Notes under the pieces: generated by a model
Database searches by the model: none
Told to the model about the DNA's origin: nothing
The model's input: only the letters and a program-made list of their open reading frames with translations
Position numbers and translations under genes: made by a program
Shown here: in pieces, positions 57,079-64,000 of the stretch
Layout of the letters: every line of letters starts with the position of its first letter
Position numbering within the stretch: the first letter of the stretch is position 1
From: an uncultured Acidimicrobiales bacterium
GTDB lineage: Bacteria; Actinomycetota; Acidimicrobiia; Acidimicrobiales; VFJN01
Direction of reading: 5' to 3'
Assembly (NCBI GenBank): GCA_963796415.1
Contig: CAWCLR010000014.1
Location: forward strand, 157,973-221,972
DNA: 64,000 bases

Positions 57079-58110
57079 TCACCAGCCGCGCAGGTCGACG
57101 GGCCACTCGTCGACGATCTCCGCGTCGCCGTCCAGGCCGGCCGCCGGGCCGGCGTCGACCGACGCGACCACCCACATCCGCTCGTGCAGCGCCACGGTGG
57201 GGTCGACGTGCGCCGGCAGCAGGGTGACGCCGGCCCCGATCGCCACGGGCCGCTCGGCCGCCGGGGCGAACGTGACGTGCTCGTCCGACACGAAGATGCT
57301 CGTCCCGCCGACGACGGTGGGGTCGCCGTGGTCCATGGCGTGGGCCTTGAGGCCCACGTCGGCCACCGCCCACCGCTCACGCACCGCGATGGCCGTTCCC
57401 CACAGGTAGAGGGCGTGCTCGAACGCCGGTGCGTGCGGGAGGTACTCGGTGTCCATGAGGCAGTACGACCCGGCCTGGATCTCGGTCGCCCACCGGTTCA
57501 TGTCGTAGGTGCCCGTGCCCCCGGCGGACATGACGTCGCCGCCGGTCGCCTCGCGGGCGGCGAGCAGCGCCGACATCGCCTCCTCGACACGGGCCGCCTT
57601 CACCTCCGCCGGGGCGCGCATCAGGTGGCCCTCGTACCCCATCACCCCGCGCACCGTGAGGCCGTGCGCCCGGGCGAGGTCGGCCAGGCGCCCGGCGTCC
57701 GCAGGGTCGCAGCCGCAGCGGGGCATCCCCACGTCGACGTCGACGAGCACCTCCTGCACGCCGCCCCGGGCTGCGGCGACCACCGTCGCCTCGGAGTCGA
57801 CCGCGACCGTGATCCGCGCCCCGGCCTCGGCCACGGGGCCGAGCCGGCTGGCGTCGAGCACCTCGTTGGCGAGGAGGAGGTCGTCGCCGAGCCCGGCGGC
57901 GGCCATGCCCTCGACCTCGCGGGCGGTGGCGCAGCAGAACGTGCGGTGGCCGGCCGCGGCGAGACGGGCCGCCAGCGCGGTCGACTTGAACGCCTTGACG
58001 TGGGGGCGGAGTGCGGGCCCCGGGCGGACGGCGGCCATCGTGGCCACGTTCCGGTCGAACGCCGCCCGGTCGACGACCAGGGCGGGGGTGGTCAGGTCGG
58101 CGAGCCGCAC
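57079..58110 (-). CDS. alanine-racemase-fold PLP enzyme (D-threonine aldolase / D-serine dehydratase-like, DSD1 family)
   Basis: TPALVVDRAAFDRNV..LRPHVKAFKS (PLP Lys) and a C-terminal domain containing HVDPTV. GTG start at 58110. Confidence 0.75.
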   Translation of the reverse strand: MRLADLTTPALVVDRAAFDRNVATMAAVRPGPALRPHVKAFKSTALAARLAAAGHRTFCCATAREVEGMAAAGLGDDLLLANEVLDASRLGPVAEAGARITVAVDSEATVVAAARGGVQEVLVDVDVGMPRCGCDPADAGRLADLARAHGLTVRGVMGYEGHLMRAPAEVKAARVEEAMSALLAAREATGGDVMSAGGTGTYDMNRWATEIQAGSYCLMDTEYLPHAPAFEHALYLWGTAIAVRERWAVADVGLKAHAMDHGDPTVVGGTSIFVSDEHVTFAPAAERPVAIGAGVTLLPAHVDPTVALHERMWVVASVDAGPAAGLDGDAEIVDEWPVDLRGW

Positions 58111-58424
58111 GTCCGGGGACGCTACCTGGCCCTTCCTGCCTGTCTCGCCGGCCTGTCCCACCGATCGTGCCCGTGCGCGCGCGACATGTGCCCGGCGGGG
58201 GGGACGAACGGCGGATGGCCTCCCCGCGGCCTGCGGGTGACGCGCAGCCGAACATCTGCGCGGTATGCCTTGCGCGCGGCGCCGCTGTCGACTGGGGTAG
58301 GGGGTGTCGGTCGGCGCGATGGACGCCGCCGGTGTTCGACAACCGGGGGGTGCGGCCTGGCGGGGTCGCAGAACAACCGGTCGGCCGTGGGAGGGACACG
58401 CGAGTGCCAGAGGGCGAGGACCGG

Positions 58425-60776
58425 GTGACCAGGCGGGCGCTGCGCCCCCGGCACGGACGACATGTCGTCGGGGCCACGATCGTGGCCGCCCTCGTGCTCT
58501 CCGGCCTGGCCGTCGGAGCGGGCGCGCAGGCCCCGGGCCAGGCGCCCGGCGGCGCCGGAGCCACGACCGCAACCACCGCGGCGCGCCCCGGCGTGGCCCA
58601 GCCGCCGGCGGACAACGTCTTCCCGATCCCCGTGCCCTATGCGGTGACGTACACCGACGACTGGCACGCCTGCCGCGCCGGGTGCTCCCGCCAGCACAAG
58701 GGCAACGACCTGATGGCCGACGAGGGCGCGCCCGTCGTCGCCGTCGAGTCGGGGGTCATCATCCGTGCCAACCACACCGACCAGGGCCTCGGCGGCATCA
58801 CGCTGTGGCTGAAGGGCGACTCGGGGGTGGCGTACTACTACGCCCACAACGTGCAGAACCTCGTCGCCGAGGGCCAGCGGGTGGCGCGGGGCGAGATGAT
58901 CGCCCGGGTCGGGCGCACGGGGAACGCCCGGGCGACGGCGCCCCACGTCCACTTCCAGATCAACCTGTGCGGCGAGACGTCCAGCGCCGAGCCCTGCACG
59001 GTGGACCCCTACTCCTACCTGCAGACCTGGGCGCAGGCGCAGGTGGGCGGGGGCGCCGACGGCGTCGGCTGGTACGAGCCGGCGACCGGCGCGTTCGGCC
59101 AGCGCAACGAGTCGGGCTCGCCCCTGTCGGCGTTCCCGTTCGGTACGCCCGGGGCCGACCAGGTGCCGGTGGCGGGCGACTGGGACGGCGACGGCCGCGA
59201 CTCGGTGGGCCTGTACTCGCGCACCGACGGCGTCTTCGCGCTCCGCGACGACGAGGGCGTCGCCCTGCCGCCGCTGCCGTTCGGCCAGCCGGGCCGGCCC
59301 GACGTGTGGCCGATCGCGGGCGACTTCGACGGCGACGGCCGCGACACCGTCGGCCTGTACCGTCAGGCCGAGGCGGCCTTCGTCGTGCTCGTGGACCTGG
59401 GCGTCGAATCGGCACCGGTCCCGCTGGGCACGCCGGGCCGCCCCGACGCCCTGCCGATCGTGGGCGACTGGGACGGCGACGGCCGCGACAGCGTCGGCGT
59501 CTACCAGCAGGCCGACGGCGCCGTGGCCCGCATCGACGACGAGGGCGTCGCCCTGCCGGCGGCGACGGTGGCGGCCCCCGCCGCAGGGGTGTTCCCCGTG
59601 GCGGGCGACTGGGACGGCGACGGCCGCGAGGAGCTGGGCGTCCTGCGCCGGGGCTCCGCCACCTTCGAGCTGCCCGTCCCCAACCCGCTGGACCCCAACG
59701 CGATGCGGTCCGTGCCGATCGAGGGCGGCCCGGCCGTCCTGCCGATCGCAGGCGACTGGAACGGCCGCGACCTGGTCACCCTCGACGAGCTGCGCCACAT
59801 CTTCGGTGCGGTGGCCGACGACCCCAAGGTGGTCGAAGGGCTGCCCGCCCTCAACGCCGCCATGCTCCAGGCCGGGATCAGCACGCCGGCTCGCAAGGCG
59901 GCGTTCCTGGCGACGCTGCGCAGCGAGAGCGGGTTCCGCTACGACGCGGTCGAGGTCGGCAACGCCAGCCGCTACCGCGGGCGGGGCTTCATCCAGATCA
60001 CCGGCGAGGCGAACTACAGGTCCGCCGGCGACTTCCTCGGGCTCGATCTGCTCGGCAACCCCGACCTCGCCATCAACGGCGTGGCCAGCCCCGCCATCGC
60101 CGCCTGGTACTGGACGGTCGCCCGCAACATCAACGTGTCGGCCGACGCCCTCGACATGGCCGCGGTCAACATCGCCATCGGGTTCGCTCCCAGCCTGCGG
60201 CGCGACATGGTGCGCTGCAGCGACTTCCTGGCCGCCCTGCGCTACTACTCGGGCGGCCAGGTGCCCCCCGGCGTGAACTGCGAGCGCACGCCGGCGTCGC
60301 GGATCCTGGCGTTCTCGTCGATCCTCCCGCGGGTCTTCACGCCGGGCCGCACCACGCCGTCGGGCACCGTGGCGCTGCCGCCCGCGTCGATCCCGGCGGA
60401 CTGGGTGCCGACCACCCCGCCGTCGATGGCCCCCGTCGACCCGACGGTGCCGCCGACGACCGGCGCCCCCGGCCCGGCTCCGAGCGCCCCACCGACCTCG
60501 ACGACCGGCCCGCCGCCGACGACCGCCCCGCCCACCTCCGGCCCGCCGCCCACCTCGACCAACCCCACGCCTCCGCCGACATCGTCGCCGTCGACCGAGG
60601 CCCCGACGCCGACCACCAGCCCGCCGACATCGCCCGACACCACGGCCCCGCCGTCGACCGAGGCTCCCACCACGACGACCGAGGCCACGACCACGACGGC
60701 GACCACCACGACCACGACCGCTGTCGTCCCCGACAGCACGTCCACGACGACGCTGATCGCCGCGGCCGGCGGGTGA
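58425..60776 (+). CDS. secreted multidomain cell-wall hydrolase: M23 peptidase, about 5 FG-GAP/VCBS-like repeats, a GH19-like (chitinase/lysozyme) domain and a Pro/Thr-rich tail
   Basis: Signal/anchor sequence. M23 motifs HKGNDLMA and HVHFQI. Repeats carry GDWDGDGRD. GH19-like segment: FLATLRSESGFRY..YRGRGFIQITGEANY..AAWYWT. PT-rich C-terminus. Confidence 0.85.
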   Translation: MTRRALRPRHGRHVVGATIVAALVLSGLAVGAGAQAPGQAPGGAGATTATTAARPGVAQPPADNVFPIPVPYAVTYTDDWHACRAGCSRQHKGNDLMADEGAPVVAVESGVIIRANHTDQGLGGITLWLKGDSGVAYYYAHNVQNLVAEGQRVARGEMIARVGRTGNARATAPHVHFQINLCGETSSAEPCTVDPYSYLQTWAQAQVGGGADGVGWYEPATGAFGQRNESGSPLSAFPFGTPGADQVPVAGDWDGDGRDSVGLYSRTDGVFALRDDEGVALPPLPFGQPGRPDVWPIAGDFDGDGRDTVGLYRQAEAAFVVLVDLGVESAPVPLGTPGRPDALPIVGDWDGDGRDSVGVYQQADGAVARIDDEGVALPAATVAAPAAGVFPVAGDWDGDGREELGVLRRGSATFELPVPNPLDPNAMRSVPIEGGPAVLPIAGDWNGRDLVTLDELRHIFGAVADDPKVVEGLPALNAAMLQAGISTPARKAAFLATLRSESGFRYDAVEVGNASRYRGRGFIQITGEANYRSAGDFLGLDLLGNPDLAINGVASPAIAAWYWTVARNINVSADALDMAAVNIAIGFAPSLRRDMVRCSDFLAALRYYSGGQVPPGVNCERTPASRILAFSSILPRVFTPGRTTPSGTVALPPASIPADWVPTTPPSMAPVDPTVPPTTGAPGPAPSAPPTSTTGPPPTTAPPTSGPPPTSTNPTPPPTSSPSTEAPTPTTSPPTSPDTTAPPSTEAPTTTTEATTTTATTTTTTAVVPDSTSTTTLIAAAGG
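59060..59790 (+). repeat. intragenic tandem coding repeats (~141-149 bp, about 5 copies) encoding FG-GAP/VCBS-like units
   Basis: The core GGCGACTGGGACGGCGACGGCCGCGA recurs near 59175, 59318 (TTC variant), 59462, 59603 and 59752 (truncated). Confidence 0.7.
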
Positions 60777-60786
60777 TCCGAGGCTC

Positions 60787-60861
60787 GGTGCCGGCGGTGG
60801 GATTCGAACCCACACTGACGAGTTCCTAGGACTCGTGCCTCTGCCGTTGGGCTACGCCGGC
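60787..60861 (-). tRNA. tRNA gene with an atypical anticodon loop (CCUAGGA; anticodon UAG, C at position 33); isotype undetermined
   Basis: Perfect cloverleaf: acceptor GCCGGCG/CGCCGGC, anticodon stem CGAGT/ACTCG, T arm GTGGG-TTCGAAT-CCCAC, 5-nt variable loop, discriminator A. It is 73 nt long plus an encoded CC. Confidence 0.8.
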
Positions 60862-61529
60862 TTTCTGTTGCCCGCACACCAAGTGTCGGTCAGCGCGTGA
60901 CAGTTGGGACACAAGATACGAAGGTTCTCGAGCCTGTTGTCAGTCGGGTCTCCGTTGACATGATCCAGTGCCAGGGGCAGTTCTCGGCCCATCCATTCGG
61001 AGAGCCCGCAATGCTCGCACCGCGCCTCCTTCAGACCCTCTGCGATGAGCCGCTGGCGAAGGTTTGACGTCGATCGGTACGGGGAGTTGCGCACCAGGAT
61101 CTCGTCGAGACTCAGCCGGGGCCTCCCCCTTGGGAGGGTCAGACCCCGGCTCCATCCCTGGCCTCGAAAGTGTGAGATGTCGAGTCCGAGGTCGGCGATG
61201 TACGCACGCATGTAGCGGTGCATGCCGCCACTGGGCGTGTAACCGAGGGTGCGCAGAACCCCGGCGAGCGAGACGTTCTCCGCGACCGCCCGCTTCAGAT
61301 CGTCGTCGGACCACGCGCGGATCGTGCGGCGTCGCTCGACGGTTGGCAGGTGTGCAGCGTCGATCCCGAGACGGTCGATGTGCCGCCGCAAGAGTGCGTA
61401 GGTACGGGCTCCCGGTGAGATTCTGAGCGCGGTGCACACCTGGAACAGGTTGTGACTCGTCGCCACCGCATCGCGCAACTGGTCGTCGCTCCAGGACCGG
61501 CTCCGCACGTTCGAGAGAATACCGAACAC
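60852..61529 (-). CDS. HNH endonuclease with two N-terminal ~50-aa repeat modules
   Basis: C-terminal HNH motif [29 protein letters not shown]. The N-terminus has duplicated W-SDDxL..AV modules. A hand count of 60901-61000 gave 57% G+C. The stop codon lies inside the tRNA 5' acceptor stem. Confidence 0.85.
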   Translation of the reverse strand: MFGILSNVRSRSWSDDQLRDAVATSHNLFQVCTALRISPGARTYALLRRHIDRLGIDAAHLPTVERRRTIRAWSDDDLKRAVAENVSLAGVLRTLGYTPSGGMHRYMRAYIADLGLDISHFRGQGWSRGLTLPRGRPRLSLDEILVRNSPYRSTSNLRQRLIAEGLKEARCEHCGLSEWMGRELPLALDHVNGDPTDNRLENLRILCPNCHALTDTWCAGNRKPA

Positions 61530-61598
61530 ACGTACCCTTCTGTGCCAGCAGAAGGGCGGGTGCGGGACGGCGACGCAACGCCGCTACCCTCTGCGGCC

Positions 61599-62213
61599 GT
61601 GAGCCTCATCACCCCGACCGCCCAGAACGGCACGCTCGTCAGCCCCACGCACGACATCTTCAACCGCCTCCTGCGCGAGCGCATCATCTTCCTCGGCACC
61701 GAGGTCGACGACGACATCGCCAACGTCGTCTGCGCCCAGCTGCTGCACCTGGCTGGTGACGATCCCGACCGGGACGTGTGGCTGTACATCAACAGCCCCG
61801 GCGGCTCGGTCACCGCGGGCATGGCCATCTACGACACGATGCAGTTCATCGAGCCCGACGTGGCCACGGTCTGCATGGGCCTCGGCGCCTCGATGGGGCA
61901 GTTCCTGCTGTGCTCCGGCGCCAAGGGCAAGCGCTACGCGCTGCCGCATGCCCGCATCATGATGCACCAGCCCTCGGGCGGATTCCGTGGCCAGGCGGCC
62001 GACATCGCCATCCAGGCCGAGCAGCTGATGTACGTCAAGCAGCTCATGGCCGAGCGCATCGCCTTCCACACGGGGCAGACCGTCGAGCAGATCTCCGAGG
62101 ACTCCGAGCGCGACCGCTGGTTCACGGCCGAGCAGGCCAAGGACTACGGCATCATCGACGACGTGATCGTGCGCCGGGGCGAGGTCGGCAACGGTTCGTC
62201 CTCAACCGCGTGA
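61599..62213 (+). CDS. clpP: ATP-dependent Clp protease proteolytic subunit
   Basis: [26 protein letters not shown], catalytic Ser in GLGASMG, His in MMHQP. GTG 61599 chosen; start uncertain. Confidence 0.92.
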   Translation: MSLITPTAQNGTLVSPTHDIFNRLLRERIIFLGTEVDDDIANVVCAQLLHLAGDDPDRDVWLYINSPGGSVTAGMAIYDTMQFIEPDVATVCMGLGASMGQFLLCSGAKGKRYALPHARIMMHQPSGGFRGQAADIAIQAEQLMYVKQLMAERIAFHTGQTVEQISEDSERDRWFTAEQAKDYGIIDDVIVRRGEVGNGSSSTA

Positions 62214-62253
62214 TGTCGTCGTTGCCCGGGCAGCCACGACGTCAGCGAGGTCG

Positions 62254-62565
62254 CTAGGCGTCCGACGGAGGCGTGTCCGACGGGGGCGTGTCGTCGGGCG
62301 GGGCCGCGTCCGACGGGGGCGTGTCGTCCGCCGGGGACGTGCCGCCATCGTCCTTGTCGGTGGTGATGCGTTCGACGACGTCGTGGGCCTTGGCCTGCAC
62401 CGACTCGATCTTGTCGGAGTACTTGCGCTTGGTCTTGTCGTCGACGAACTCGGCGGCCTTGTCGATGCCCTCGTCGATCGTGTCCGAGTGCTCGGTCACC
62501 GTGTCGCGGGCCTTGCCGGTCAGGTCCTTGGCCAGATCCTTGGCCTTGTCGAGGTAGTCGGACAT
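62254..62565 (-). CDS. Rv0909/MT0933-like (CsbD-like) small protein, annotated in relatives as a putative antitoxin
   Basis: [53 protein letters not shown] matches the family pattern. It has a C-terminal DTPPSD repeat tail. Confidence 0.7.
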   Translation of the reverse strand: MSDYLDKAKDLAKDLTGKARDTVTEHSDTIDEGIDKAAEFVDDKTKRKYSDKIESVQAKAHDVVERITTDKDDGGTSPADDTPPSDAAPPDDTPPSDTPPSDA

Positions 62566-62571
62566 CGTGGT

Positions 62572-63291
62572 TCACGGCTCCTGGGGGTCGGGGGTGCGGG
62601 TGGCCGTGGCGAGCTCCCGCAGCTCGGACACGGCGTGCTCGAGGCCGAGCGGGTCGCGGTAGAGGGCGGACCCGGCCACGAGAACGTTGGCGCCGGCGGC
62701 GGCAGCGCCGCCGACGGTGGCGGGCGCGATGCCTCCGTCGACCTCGAGGTCGCAGTCGTGCCCGCCGTCGACGATCATGCGACGGATGCGGCGGAGCTTG
62801 GGCTCCATCGTGGCGATGTAGTCCTGCCCGCCGAACCCCGGGTTCACGGTCATGACCAGGACCATCGCGCACAGGTCGAGCACGTCTTCGACCGCGGCGG
62901 CGGGGGTGGCCGGGTTGAGGGCGACCGCAGCGCGGGCGCCCAGCTCTCGGACCCGGCCGAGCGAGCGGTGCAGGTGTCGCGTCGACTCGGCGTGGACGAT
63001 CAGCAGCTCACATCCGGCCTCGACGTAGCGGTGCATCAGGGCGTCGGGCTCGTCGACCATGAGGTGCGCCTCGAACGGCACCGTGACGTGCGGGCGGCAG
63101 GCGGCGATGACGTCGGGGCCGAACGTGAGGTTCGGCACGAAGCGTCCGTCCATCACGTCCCACTGGATGCGGTCGACCCCCGCCTTCTCCAGGGCGATGA
63201 CCTCGTCGCCGAGGCGGGAGAAGTCGGCGGGCAGCACCGAGGGCGCGATCTCGACGGGGCGCGGGCCGGCGGGGGAGGCAGGCACATCCAC
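62572..63291 (-). CDS. rpe: ribulose-phosphate 3-epimerase
   Basis: IAPSVLPADFSRLGDEV, DVMDGRFVPN, VMTVNPGFGGQ, EVDGG. Confidence 0.92.
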   Translation of the reverse strand: MDVPASPAGPRPVEIAPSVLPADFSRLGDEVIALEKAGVDRIQWDVMDGRFVPNLTFGPDVIAACRPHVTVPFEAHLMVDEPDALMHRYVEAGCELLIVHAESTRHLHRSLGRVRELGARAAVALNPATPAAAVEDVLDLCAMVLVMTVNPGFGGQDYIATMEPKLRRIRRMIVDGGHDCDLEVDGGIAPATVGGAAAAGANVLVAGSALYRDPLGLEHAVSELRELATATRTPDPQEP

Positions 63292-63313
63292 GACCTCATC
63301 CTAGGGTGACCTC

Positions 63314-64000
63314 GTGGACACGGATGACGACGAGCGCGTCGACACCCGCCGCGACGACCTGCGGGTGACCGCCGTCGCCGTGGGTGGGGAGGGGGTGGCC
63401 CGCGAGGCGACGGGCCGCGTCGTGTTCGTGGCCGGGGCGTTGCCCGGCGAGCGGGTGGTGGCCGACGTGGTGGAGGAGCATCCCCGCCACGCCCGCGCGG
63501 TGGCCGTCGAGGTGCTCGAGGCGTCGCCCGACCGGGTGGCCCCGCCGTGCCCGTTCGTCGCGGCCGGCTGCGGCGGATGCGGGTGGCAGCACGTCGACCC
63601 GCCGGCCCAGCGCGAGCTGAAGGTGGCGATGGTGGCCGACGCCCTGGGCCGCCTCGGCGGGGTCCCCGAGCCACGAGTCGCCGCCGGTCCGCCGCTCGCC
63701 GGGGCCGGCTACCGCACGACGATCCGGGCCGTCGCCGACGCCGAGGGCCGTCTGGCGCTGCGCCGCCACCACAGCCACGACCTGGTGGCGGTGCCGGGGT
63801 GCCTGGTGGCGCATCCGCTGGTGGCGGATGTGCTGTCCGCCGGCCGCTTCCCTCCGGGAGCCGAGGTGACGGTGCGCGTCGGAGCCCGCACCGGCGAGAG
63901 GATGGTGGTGGTCGACGGGCTGCCCGACGAGGCTGGCGGAGGGGGCCCGGGTGTCGACGACATCGTCGTGCCCGACGGCGTGCGCGTGGTCACGGGAGCC
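63314..64000 (+). CDS. TRAM-domain RNA (uracil-5-)methyltransferase (RlmD/TrmA family), 3'-truncated by the window edge
   Basis: My own translation from GTG 63314 gives ..VAVGGEGVAREATGRVVFVAGALPGERV.. (TRAM) and CPFVAAGCGGCGWQH (Fe-S Cys cluster). The frame stays open to position 64000. It is absent from the ORF track because no stop falls in the window. Confidence 0.6.
   Translation, partial: MDTDDDERVDTRRDDLRVTAVAVGGEGVAREATGRVVFVAGALPGERVVADVVEEHPRHARAVAVEVLEASPDRVAPPCPFVAAGCGGCGWQHVDPPAQRELKVAMVADALGRLGGVPEPRVAAGPPLAGAGYRTTIRAVADAEGRLALRRHHSHDLVAVPGCLVAHPLVADVLSAGRFPPGAEVTVRVGARTGERMVVVDGLPDEAGGGGPGVDDIVVPDGVRVVTGA

Noticed and set aside
58111-58424. c-di-AMP (ydaO-yuaA) riboswitch upstream of the wall hydrolase
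   Set aside because: Fragments resemble ydaO elements (GCGGGGGGGAC, GGGUGA, GGUAGGGGG, CCGAAC). The highly conserved CAGCUAACCUCGUAAGCG-type segment and the correct element order are absent by eye. It needs cmsearch RF00379 before any claim.
59060-59790. Regularly spaced ~27-nt repeats that could suggest a CRISPR array
   Set aside because: The spacing is about 144 bp, the repeats are imperfect, and all are in frame within a long ORF where they encode the GDWDGDGRD motif. They are protein-coding tandem repeats.
60400-60776. Low-complexity ACC/CCG-rich DNA as a possible repeat element
   Set aside because: It is the in-frame Pro/Thr-rich C-terminal tail of the hydrolase gene.
58122-60815. 897-aa - strand ORF opposite the M23/GH19 hydrolase gene
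   Set aside because: It is an Arg/Gly-rich antisense translation, while the + strand encodes recognisable catalytic motifs.
62254-62565. Toxin-antitoxin module (Rv0909-like antitoxin)
   Set aside because: No partner toxin ORF is adjacent (rpe is upstream on the same strand; clpP is convergent). The family assignment as an antitoxin is itself only putative.

Overview
This is a high-G+C chromosomal segment of actinobacterial type. Hand counts of 100-nt samples gave about 68% G+C in ahcY. It is densely packed, with about 60 protein genes on both strands, mostly housekeeping.

Coding content, in order:
- thioredoxin-like protein, ftsH, DUF3499, CPBP protease
- an envelope glycosylation pair (large GT-C-like membrane protein plus a GtrA-GT2 fusion)
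- manB, trm112-like, PGI/PMI
- a large STAND-TPR-SARP regulator, a molybdopterin oxidoreductase, two fused ABC exporters
- ahcY, DUF1361, comF, an OmpR/histidine-kinase pair, two paralogous secreted proteins
- MFS-TetR, secA, prfB-ftsE-ftsX, P450/EamA
- F420-type oxidoreductases, bioA-bioF-bioD, smpB, mec-cysM
- a UPF0016/GDT1 gene, rph-rdgB, aconitase, a LigD polymerase domain
- a large M23/FG-GAP/GH19 wall hydrolase, an HNH endonuclease, clpP, rpe, and a truncated RlmD-like methyltransferase at the window edge

Non-coding calls are a tmRNA (ssrA), one atypical tRNA, a yybP-ykoY (Mn2+) riboswitch and several strong hairpins or repeats. I saw no rRNA, CRISPR array, transposase, integrase or recognisable multi-gene defence system.

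Main observations:
1. Six reading-frame disruptions fall in five otherwise well conserved genes: ftsH, the regulator (twice), the histidine kinase, TetR and GDT1. This points to sequence-quality problems or pseudogenisation.
2. A class-I tRNA has anticodon loop CCUAGGA (C33, anticodon UAG). Its 5' end is overlapped by a low-G+C HNH endonuclease gene.
3. A regulator has the inverted architecture ATPase-TPR-SARP and is followed by a small overlapping ORF.
4. A Mn2+ riboswitch sits in front of the frameshifted GDT1 gene.
5. A shared start-codon module (GTGARCGAGCGCAGCGAGCGAAC) occurs at two loci. One copy opens a 31-codon ORF that bridges rph and rdgB.

I did not find convincing evidence for a wholly new multi-gene system. 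The findings below are candidates only. All homology statements come from reading the translated ORFs by eye, not from database searches.
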